Below the pieces are notes generated by a model. The model was given only the letters and a program-made list of their open reading frames with translations. It searched no databases and was not told where the DNA came from. 64,000 nt of DNA, taken from contig NC_088798.1 in assembly GCF_011386835.1 (NCBI RefSeq), forward strand, positions 26,164,001 through 26,228,000, written 5' to 3'. The number at the start of each line of letters is the position of its first letter. The first letter of the stretch is position 1. This document shows positions 24,944 to 34,272 of this stretch, piece by piece. The position numbers were made by a program, and so were the translations under genes. This stretch comes from Chrysemys picta bellii (lineage: Eukaryota).

Positions 24944-25429
24944 AGTCATAGAATCATAGAAGCTTTGAGTAGGAAGAGACCTCAGGAGGTGATCTAGTCC
25001 AACCCCCTGCTCAAAGCAGGACCAACACCAACTAAAGCATCCCAGCCAGGGCTTTGTCAAGCTGCATTGGCAAAAGAATGGAGATTATCTGTTTGTGATG
25101 GTAGACAGGACTCCTAAAGGTACACAGGGTGTGGTGACCAACTTTGAGATCTTCCGAATGAGAGAGCAGCAGGTCCCTGTGGATGTGGTAGAAATGAAAG
25201 AAAGTATCATAGCCTTTGTCTGGGAACCAAATGGAAGCAAGTTTGCTGTATTGAATGGAGAGCCTCCCCGAATTTCTATCTCCTTTTACCATGTCAGAAA
25301 CAATGGGAAAATAGAGCTCATCAAAACTTAAAATCCTCTAAGGATGGAGATTCCACCACCACTGTAGGTAACCCATTCCAGTGCTTCACCACCCTCCTAG
25401 TGAAATAGTTTTTCCTAATATCCAAACTA
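24944..25429 (-). mobile_element. 5'-truncated CR1 LINE 3' end, interrupted by the EIF3B fragment
   Basis: The (CATAGAAT)n tail, i.e. the reverse complement of the CR1 ATTCTATG tail, starts at ~24944. CR1 3' sequence (GGAGGTGATCTAGTCCAACCCCCTGCTCAAAGCAGG...CTTTGTCAAGC) resumes after the insert as CTTAAAATCCTCTAAGG...CCATTCCAGTGCTTCACCACCCTCCTAGTG. Confidence 0.88.
25058..25326 (+). pseudogene. EIF3B: EIF3B (eIF3 subunit b) coding fragment, probably retrocopied, 89 codons
   Basis: Translates as [89 protein letters not shown]. This closely matches vertebrate eIF3b as I recall it ([89 protein letters not shown]). It has no start context, no splice sites and no poly(A). Confidence 0.92.
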
Positions 25430-25891
25430 GGGAAGAGAGTTCCCTTTTCCCACCTCACTCACTAGGCAGGGAAATCTGAAATCGGAAAGACAGGAGGAAC
25501 TGATGCCTGGCTGGGTACCTTTTGGAGCTCTCTACCTGTAGGTGGAGCAGCAGTAGCTGACAGCAAAACAAGTGTGTGCATCTGCCTCTTCTACAGAAAG
25601 AACTGTGCATTCACCCAGCAACAGCTCCAAGAGGCATGGAAGACAGAAGACAAGACACCCATACACATAATCTCCTCTTCCACTTCATGGGGGAAAGATC
25701 CCAGGTGCAACAAATTGGCCCTTTTGACTCCCTCTCTCTTCCTGGCTTCTGTGGGTTTGGAGTCTAGGGTGCAGGAAATTTAGGAAAATTTAGGGTTCAT
25801 ATGTGGCTTGATGGAAGGGAATCAGGCAGGATGGAATGTGATAAATGAATGGAACAAAGAGCAAAATAGGGAGGAACAGAATGGAGAGGGG

Positions 25892-27232
25892 TGTGTGACC
25901 AAATGCATCCCTGTATCCACACCCAATATACTATCGTAGTAATCTTTGTACAAAATACGCTTTCTGGGGTATCATTTGAAAATTAATAACTCACTGATCA
26001 ATAATATGGTGAAATGTGTGTAGTAACATTATATGTAAATTTATGAACGTAAGCTAAAATTATGACTGAAGTGTGTTTATCAGATAAGTCTGGGGCAGGG
26101 CTGCCCGGGGGGGGAGGGCAAGTGGGGCAATTTGCCCCAGGCCCCGGATTGGCCCCCGTGAGAATATAGTATTCTATAGTATTGCAACTTTTTTTTATGG
26201 AAGGGGCCCCCAAAATTGCTTTGCCCCAGACCCCCTGAATCCTCTGGGCGCCCCTGGTCTGGGGAGTGAATAAACCTGTTCCTCAAAGACAAAGGACAAG
26301 CTGATGCCTCTAGCCAGCTGTCAACAAAGTTGATTGGACATCACCTATCATGTGGCCATTCTTTGGCAATGAAGGGGGACAGCAACAGATGGATCTGCAT
26401 TTTAGCAAGCAATAACATGGAACCTCTTTCACCTTGAGACTCCATGTCTTTGTCTTCACAGCAGGAAAGAACTTTATTTAGGGGTCCCCCTCAGGAAAAT
26501 TCATTTCAAAGGGTGACTGAACTATAAAAGTAAGGGACAAAAACACCTCAGGATCTCTCTTTTTTTCTCTCCTATCTCTCTCTCACTCTTTTTCATCTAA
26601 GAAGACAAAGGAACCAGCCTTTGAACCTTGGGAGGGGTTCTGACCAGTTTCTGGGAGCATGTGATAAGGATATTACCTTGAACCAAATCTAATTTTAATT
26701 ACTAGAAAGGGTTTTGTCTTTATTTCTCTTGTTAACTATTTCTGACTTTAATAGCTAATACTTGTACTATTCTGCAATTAACTAAACTTGTTTTATTTTT
26801 TGATCAAAACTAATCCAGTGTTGTGTTTAAACTGAACTGTTTGGTAATTCCAATTGAAGTAACAAACTATTGTATATTGACCCATACAGGGGCAATGGAT
26901 CTTTAATATCTGAGCTGTCCAGGAGGCAGCTAGACCATCAGAACACACATTTTGGGAGAAAATTCAGAACTGGGAGTGTGTTGGGGTCACCCTGCAGATA
27001 GTAACCAAGGCTGCTGGGAGGCAGAATGCAACTGGAGTGTTGCTAACAGGCTGCTGAGGTGCTGGACTGGGGCTGTAGCTATACACACACACTCAGGGTG
27101 TGACTTGCATGCTGTTTGTGAGCAGCACAGGATGGGAGCTAATAACAGCAGAGTGTTGTGAGGCACCCAAGGTTGCAGGGCACCTAGTGACACAACCAGC
27201 CACTGGTCTGGACTGCACCCCAAAATGTGACA
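25892..27232 (+). mobile_element. Long solo LTR (ERV-like), ~1.18 kb excluding the nested MITE
   Basis: TGTGTGAC...GTGACA termini flanked by GAGGGG/GAGGGA, with LTR-like internal composition. Confidence 0.7.
26096..26256. mobile_element. hAT-type MITE, 161 bp, nested in the LTR
   Basis: TIRs CAGGGCTGCCC / GGGCGCCCCTG, perfect 8-bp TSD GTCTGGGG. Confidence 0.88.
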
Positions 27233-27686
27233 GAGGGATAAAAGGGACATTTGGATGGCAGAAGGGAGAATAAGTTAGTTACGTGGGAAACTGAAAACTA
27301 AGGCCTGGTCTACACTACGGGTTTAGGTCGACTTTAGCAGCGTTAAACCGAATTAAGCCTGGACACGTCCACACAACGAAGCCCTTTCTTTCGACTTAAA
27401 GGGTCCTTTAAACCGGTTTCTTTACACCACCTCTGACGAGGGGATTAGCGATAAAACCGGTCTTTGCGGGTCGGAATTGGGGTAGTGTGGACGGAATTCG
27501 ACGTTATTGGCCTCCGGGAGCTATCCCACAGTGCTTCATTGTGACCGCTCTGGACAGCACTCTCAACTCAGATGCACTGACCAGGTAGACAGGAAAAGAC
27601 CCGCGAAGGTTTGAATTTCATTTCCTGTTTGCCCAGCGTGGAGAGTACAGGTGACCCCGCAGAGCTCATCAGCACAGGTAACCGTG

Positions 27687-28227
27687 ATGGAGTCCTCCCA
27701 GGATCGCAAAAGAGCTCCAGCATGGACCGAACGGGAGGTACGAGATCTGCTCGCCATATGGGGAGATGAAGCAGTGATAGCTGAACTCCGTAGCAGTAAA
27801 AGAAATGGAAAAGTATTAGAAAAGATCTCCAAGGCCATGAAGGACCGAGGCCATAACAGGGACACACAGCAGTGCCGCGTGAAAATTAAGGAGCTACGGC
27901 AAGCTTACCACAAAGCCAGAGAAGCAAACGGAAGGTCCGGGGCAGAGCCGCAAACTTGCCGCTACTACGCGGAGCTGCATGCGATCCTAGGGGGTGCAGC
28001 CACCACTACCCCAACCGTGTGCTATGACTCTCTCACTGGAGAAACACACAGGGAAGACGGTTCAGGGAACGAGGAAGATGACGATGGAGGTACTGTAGGT
28101 AGCTCACAGCAGCAAGGAAGCGGAGAAACCGGTTTCCCCAACAGCCAGGATATGTTTGTGACCCTGGACCTGGAACCAGTAACCCCCGAACTCACCCAAG
28201 ACCCTCAGGGCACACAGGAGACCTCTG
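27687..28227 (+). CDS. Harbinger Myb/SANT-like (trihelix/MSANTD-type) DNA-binding protein, coding exon 1
   Basis: ATG at 27687. Motifs RAPAWTEREVRDLLAIWG, ISKAMKDRGHNRDTQQCRVKIKELRQAY and TCRYYAELHAILG. Strong donor CTG|GTGAGT at 28227/28228 (180 codons + 1 nt). Confidence 0.9.
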
Positions 28228-28817
28228 GTGAGTGTAACTTTGTAACTATTTGTAAACATTACAAAAAAAAAGCAAGCGTGATGATTACTTTGCCCTGGCA
28301 ATCGCGGCCAGTACATCTACTGGAAAAGTCTGTTAACGTGTATGGGGATGGAGCGGAAATCCTCCAGGGACATCTCCAGAAAGCTCTCCTGGTTGAAATG
28401 GGGTGATTTTATTAAGGGAACATTCAGAGGCACCCGTTCCTGCTCTTCTGACCAGAAATGTTCCCCGCTGTTAACCACGCGGTGGGGGGAGGGGTGAAGT
28501 GATCATCCCAGAGAATCGTGTGTGTGTGTGTGGGGGGGGGTTACTTGTGTTTGTGCCGCATGTTAACCGGGAAACCGCAGCCCCCTCCTTTTACATTGAA
28601 ACCCCATTTTAAATGGACAACCCAATTCATCCTTGATATGGGAAATGCGCTGCTGTTTGCAACCTTTCCCGCATGTTAAGAAGGTTAAAAAAGCCAAAAC
28701 ACTGTGGCCTACGATGGCTGCCTGCAAGCCGAAATATGCGACCTTGTAATGAAAGAGTGTACCCATTGTTCTCTAAAATGTGTCTTTTTTAACCACCTCT
28801 CCCTTCTCCTCCGCCAG

Positions 28818-29288
28818 CTGCAAATGTTTCTCCTTCGCAGAGGCTCATGAACATTAGAAAGAGAAAACGTAGGACGAGGGACGAGATGTTCACGGAGCTG
28901 CAGATGTCCGCCCAGGCTGATGTCGGAGATGAGAAAAGCCCAATATGAACGAGAGGAGAGGTGGCGGGCTGAATCGCGGGAAGAACAGAGCAAGTGGTGG
29001 GCTGAAGACGATAGGTGGCGTCAGCTTGCAGACAGACGACAAGAGGCAATGCTCTGTCTGCTGGAGCATCAAACTGATATGCTCGAGCATATGGTTGAGT
29101 TGCAGGAAAGGCAGCAGGAGCAGAGACCGCCGCTACAGCCCCTGTGTAACCAACAGCCCTCCTCCCCAAGTTCCATAGCCTCCTCACCCAGACGCCCAAG
29201 AACACGGTGGGGGGGCCTCCGTCCACCCAGTCACTCCACCCCAGATGATCGCCCAAGCATCAGAAGGCTGGCCTTCAATAAGAGTTAA
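28818..29288 (+). pseudogene. Myb/SANT partner gene exon 2, frameshifted near 28920
   Basis: Acceptor TTCTCCTCCGCCAG| ends at 28817. The spliced frame reads ANVSPSQRLMNIRKRKRRTRDEMF... and stops at TGA 28946-28948. The E/R/Q-rich tail (MSEMRKAQYEREERWRAE...) lies in the +1 frame, 28920-29288. Confidence 0.75.
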
Positions 29289-29380
29289 AGTTTTAAAATG
29301 CAGTGTGTCCTTTTCCATCCCTCCTCCCCCACCCATCCCAGGCTATCTTGGCAATTATCCCCCTACCTCTGTAAGGAACT

Positions 29381-29420
29381 AATAAAGAATGCATGAATGT
29401 TAAAAAAAAATGACTTTATT
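29381..29420. terminator. Convergent polyadenylation signals of the two Harbinger genes
   Basis: AATAAA on + at 29381-29386, after the Myb-frame stop at 29288. AATAAA on - (TTTATT) at 29415-29420, after the transposase stop at 29540. Confidence 0.6.
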
Positions 29421-29539
29421 GCCTCTGCAAGCGGGAGGGGAGGGTGGGGTGGGGTGGTTGGTTTACAGGGAAGTAGAGTGAACCGGGTCGGGGGGGGGGG
29501 GGGTTTGGAGGGTTCATCAAGGAGAAACAAACAGAAGTT

Positions 29540-30841
29540 TCACACAGTAGCCTGGCCAGTCACAAAACTCGTTTTCAAAGCTTCTCTGATGCGCACCGCG
29601 CCCTGCTGTGCTCCTCTAACCGCCCTGGTGTCTGGCTGCGCGTAATCAGCGGCCAGGCAAGTTGCCTCAACCTCCCACCCCGCCATAAAGGTCTCCCCCT
29701 TACTCTCACAGATATTGTGGAGCGCACAGCAAGTAGCAATAACAATGGGGATATTCTTTTCGCTGAGGTCTGAGCGAGTCAGTAAGCTGCGCCAGCGCGC
29801 TTTTAAACGTCCAAATGCACATTCCACCACCATTCGGCACTTGCTCAGCCTGTAGTTGAACAGGTCCTGACTCCTGTCCAGGCTGCCTGTGTACGGCTTC
29901 ATGAGCCATGGCATTAAGGGGTAGGCTGGGTCCCCAAGGATCACGATAGGCATTTCAACATCCCCAATGGTCACTTTCTGGTCCGGGAAGAAAGTCCCTT
30001 CCTCCAGCTTTCGAAACAGAGCAGAGTTCCTGAAGATGCGAGCATCATGTACCTTTCCCGGCCATCCCACGTTGATGTTGGTGAAACGTCCCTTGTGATC
30101 CACCAGGGCTTGCAGCAGCATTGAAAAGTACCCCTTGCGGTTTACGTAGTCGGTGGCTTGGTGCTCCGGTGACAAGATAGGGATATGGGTTCCGTCTATG
30201 GCCCCACCACAGTTTGGGAATCCCATTTCAGCAAAACCATCCACTATTGACTGCACGTTGCCCAGAGTCACTACCCTTGCTATCACCAGGTCTTTCATTG
30301 CCCTGGCAAATTGGATCACAGCAGCCCCCACCGTAGATTTTCCCACTCCAAATTGATTCCCGACTGACCGGTAGCTGTCTGGCGTTGCAAGCTTCCACAG
30401 GGCTATCGCCACTCGCTTCTCAACTGTGAGGGCTGCTCTCATCTTGGTATCCTGGAGTTTCAGGGCAGGGGAAAGCAAGTCACAAAGTTCCATGAAAGTG
30501 CCCTTACGCATGCGAAAGTTTCGCAGCCACTGGGAATCGTCCCATACCTGCAGCACGATGCGGTCCCACCAGTCTGTGCTTGTTTCCCGGGCCCAGAATC
30601 GGCGTTCCACAGCATCAACCTGCCCCAGTGACACCATGATTTCCACATTGCTGGGGCCTGTGCCTTGTGAGAGGTCTATGTCCATGTCAATTTCCTCATC
30701 ACTCTCGTCACCGCGCTGCAATCGCCTCCTCGCCTGGTCCGGGTTTCGCCTTGGCATGTCCTGGCTCTGCATATACTCCAGGACAATGCGCGTGGTGTTC
30801 ATAGTGCTCATAATTGCCGCGGTGATCTGAGCGGGCTCCAT
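29540..30841 (-). CDS. Harbinger (HARBI1-like, DDE_Tnp_4 type) transposase, 433 aa, uninterrupted
   Basis: Single ORF carrying family motifs FRMRKGTF, VAIALWKLAT...VGNQFGVGKSTV (HTH), GAIDGTHIPI, NRKGYFS, GWPGKVHDARIF, ILGDPAYPL, RMVVECAFGRLKARWR and CCALHNIC. The acidic catalytic residues are present. Confidence 0.95.
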   Translation of the reverse strand: MEPAQITAAIMSTMNTTRIVLEYMQSQDMPRRNPDQARRRLQRGDESDEEIDMDIDLSQGTGPSNVEIMVSLGQVDAVERRFWARETSTDWWDRIVLQVWDDSQWLRNFRMRKGTFMELCDLLSPALKLQDTKMRAALTVEKRVAIALWKLATPDSYRSVGNQFGVGKSTVGAAVIQFARAMKDLVIARVVTLGNVQSIVDGFAEMGFPNCGGAIDGTHIPILSPEHQATDYVNRKGYFSMLLQALVDHKGRFTNINVGWPGKVHDARIFRNSALFRKLEEGTFFPDQKVTIGDVEMPIVILGDPAYPLMPWLMKPYTGSLDRSQDLFNYRLSKCRMVVECAFGRLKARWRSLLTRSDLSEKNIPIVIATCCALHNICESKGETFMAGWEVEATCLAADYAQPDTRAVRGAQQGAVRIREALKTSFVTGQATV

Positions 30842-33403
30842 GATCCCAGTGCTAGCTATGGCGCCTGGTCAGAAAAAAGGCGCGAAAGTAGTATCTGATG
30901 GACCAGGAGAAGGAGGGAGGGCGGGCGGGCGGGAGGGAGGGAGGGCCGAGTGACGACATGGCATACAGGTACAGGAACAGGGAGAAACACAAACAACTGT
31001 CACACAGAATGGTCCCCCCAAAGATTAAACTGGAAACCCTGGGCTTAGCAGGCCATTGATTTCACGGAGGAAGGGGAAGCATATGAATACAGAACAAATC
31101 TATTTTTTACATCTTAAGGTGGCAGCCGACGGTGCAGCATGAGTGACAGCCATACCAGTATGACGATGACGGATACCAATAATAAAATACCATCATCTGC
31201 CAAAAGGCAAGGGGCTGCTGCTGTGTAGCAATGCAGCCCCACGTCTGCCAGCCCCACGTCCGCCAGCACCCAGCATCGCCCTCGGCCTCTTCTGGGTGCT
31301 TAGCAGACAATACTGGGCAATTGGCAGAAAATAGTATATTACGACTGGTAGCCATCATCATCGAAACAGTAGCATGTCTGCCCAGGTGACCATGATTGAC
31401 AGCCACACCAATACGATGACGACGGGTACCAGTCATAATATACCATCGCCTGGCAAGGGGCTGGTGCAATGCAGCCCTACGGCTGCCAGCCCCATGGCTA
31501 TCACTCATGCTACACCGTCTACCGCCAAAAGGCAGTTAGCAGCTGCTGCTGTGTAGCAATGCAGTCCCACGTCTGCCAGCATCCAGAGGACATATGGTGA
31601 CGGTGAGCTCAGCTGAGCTGAGCGGGCTCCATGCTTGCCGTGGTATGTTGTCTGCACAGGTAACCCAGGTAAAAAGGTGCGAATCTATTGTCTGCGTTGC
31701 TGTGACGAGGGGGGAGGGGCCTGACAACATGTACCCAGAACCGCCCGTGACACTGTTTTGCATCATCCGGGCATTGGAATCTCAACCCAGAATTCAAAGA
31801 AAAGGCGCGAACCGCTTCTTGGCTCTCTGAGCTGTGGCGCAAACGTAGTATCTGACGGACTAGGGGAAGGAGGGAGGGCGGGCTGAGTGACGACATGGCG
31901 TACAGGCACAGGGAATTAAAATCAAGAACGGTGGCTGTGCATCAGGGAGAAACACAAACAACTGTCACACAGAATGTTCCCCCCAAAGATTAAACTGAAA
32001 ACCCTGGGCTTAGCAGGCCGTTGATTTGACGGAGGGAGGGGGAAGCAAATGAATACAGAGCAAATCTATTTTTTACATCTTAAGACGACGGTGCAGCGTG
32101 ACTGATAGCCCTCGGCATCTTTCTGGGTGCTTGGCAGCAAATACGGGGCGGCGTATGACGATGGTCTTCAGGCCTATTGCACAATCGGCTGCTCGGGGAA
32201 GACTCTGCTAACGTGCGATGACCCGACTTGTAATAGGACGGCTAATAGTTGTAATACACCATTTACTGCCAAAAGGCAAGCCCCACGGCTGCCAGCACCC
32301 AGATCGCCGATGAAGGCTACCAGTCTACTGCACCGTCTACCGCCAAAAGGCAGTTAGCAGCTGCTGCTGTGTAGCAATGCAATCCCACGTCTGCCGGCAC
32401 CCAGAGGACATATGGTGACGGTGAGCTGAGCTGAGCGGGCTCCATGTTGTCTGCACAGGTAACCCAGGTAACCCAGGTAAAGAGGCGCGAATCTATTGTC
32501 TGCCGTTGCTGTGACGGGGGAGGGAGGGGCCTGACGACATGTACCCAGAACCGCCCGCGACACTGTTTTGCATCATCCGGGCATTGGGATCTCAACCCAG
32601 AATTCAAAGGGGTGGCGGAGACTGCGGGAACTGTGGGATAGCTGTGGGATAGCTACCCATAGTGCAATGCTCTGGAAGTCGACGCTAGCCTTGTACTGTG
32701 GACGCGGTCCGCCGACTAGAGCACCTAGAGCATTTTATTGTGTGGACACACACAATCGGCTGTATACAACCGATTTCAATAAAACCGGCTTCTATAAATT
32801 CGAACTAATTTCGTAGTGTAGACGTACCCTAAGACAAGAAGAGAGGGGTTTAGATGTGGAAGCCATAAAGAATCAAAATCAGCCTGCCAGGACAGTGAGA
32901 CAGGTGGAGTTGATGGAGGTCATATCATGAGGAATAGTGACTCCTCCATACAGGTGCTCAGGCTAAGAATCAAGCAAAGAAGGCAGTTACAAAGGGGAAG
33001 TAAGTCCTATATTATAGGGGATTTTGAGAATAAACTTTTTGGTGGGAGAATCTGATTCTTTTCCCCTCCTGTGGTCTTAAAGGAGAATGAGAACACCCAA
33101 AGACAGAAAACTATCTGACTTTGTCCTCTGATTAATAAATAAGTGCCTTTCAGAAGGGATTGTTTCAAAAGGAGCTTGGGTAATGTATTCAACTCTGAAA
33201 AGGGAAGAAGTGAAAGTATGCCATGATATTTCCTTTCCCTGAGATTTGTAATAAGGTAGTATTTGCATTGCACTGTTAATCCTAGTAGCTGTATAGATGG
33301 GGAAAAGACACCAGCTGTCAGTAGAATGAGAATTTATACATTAATATTTTATAGTAATGGGAATGCAACTGAATGTTAAAAGTTTAGCTATGCTGTTGTT
33401 ACT

Positions 33404-33798
33404 AGTAGAGCTGATCAGAAAATGTTTTTTTATCTGTGAAAAACTGAGATTTTGAAAAAATTTCATCGCCAAAATTTTGCAATATTTCACAAAATGAAAT
33501 TCTGCAAATAAAACATTTTGTATCAATCAAAATGTTTTGCTTTGATAAATCTGAAACATTTCATTTTGATTTATACTCTTTTTAATATATTTAGTATATG
33601 AAATATATTTCAATACAAAAATTCATTTTAAAATGAAAAATCAAAACTTTTCATTCCAAAAATGCCAGAACATTTTAACAGTTTCAAACCTTTTTTCCAT
33701 TTTTTTCTAAATGAAATTTCATCAAAAACAATAGGATTTCCTGAAAAAAATATCCATGTTGTCAAAATGGCATTTTCCAATGGAGAAACATTTGGCCC
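33404..33798. repeat. AT-rich non-autonomous DNA-transposon-like repeat
   Basis: Starts TAGAGCTGATCAGAAAATG and contains many GAAA/TTTC/CAAAA(T) motifs in both orientations. The right terminus is not clear. Confidence 0.4.
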
Positions 33799-33859
33799 TA
33801 GTGGCCCTAGTGTACATCATCTACCAACTCAGGGGATTTCAAAGCCATACTAACAAACA

Positions 33860-34272
33860 GCCTTCATGCTTTCTCTCATCCTTCCCCCTCACACTTGGGA
33901 GGCGTTCCCTGTAAACATCTACAGAACCCACTCACTATCCTCCTTCAGATCCCTTCTTAGGGATTTGAATCTCTGATGTACAAATCTGTGATGCCTACAA
34001 AAACACTCTACAATATTAGGCAGCAGGTATGCTAAGACCACTGCCTATCTTGCTGACCAGCATCATCTCATTGTTTCCCTGTACTCACCTGTCAGTCTGT
34101 CTGTATCCATCTGTTATCTTTTGTTTATACTTAGACTGTAAGCTCTTAGGGGCAGGAACTGTATTTTTTGTGCTGTGTTTGTAGAGTGTCTAGCACAATG
34201 ATATTCTGATCCATGATTAGGGCTCCTAGACACTATGATAAAACAAATTAAAAAATCATAACAACAACAACA
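33860..34272 (+). mobile_element. L2 LINE 3' end
   Basis: ...CTTAGACTGTAAGCTCTTAGGGGCAGG...CTAGCACAATG... ending in an (AAC)n tail, matching the 3' end of the 63-kb L2. Confidence 0.7.

Larger units (their letters stand above)
27302..32829. mobile_element. Full-length PIF/Harbinger DNA transposon (~5.5 kb, two convergent genes)
   Basis: TAA flanks both ends (27299-27301 and 32830-32832), the 3-bp TSD typical of PIF/Harbinger. The imperfect TIRs are GGCCTGGTCTACACTACG on the left and, reverse-complemented, GGGTACGTCTACACTACG on the right, with patchy complementarity to ~36 bp. It encodes a HARBI1-like transposase and a Myb/SANT-like protein, and is CpG-rich relative to the flanks. Confidence 0.95.

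Noticed and set aside
25040-25331. A true EIF3B exon or gene at this locus
   Set aside because: There are no flanking splice sites, CR1 sequence abuts both sides, no other EIF3B exons occur in 64 kb, and conserved residues are substituted.
27651-28406. 251-aa single-exon product as listed in the ORF track
   Set aside because: The ORF runs through a strong GTGAGT donor at 28228 into intron-like sequence, and the first ATG is at 27687. The spliced model fits better.
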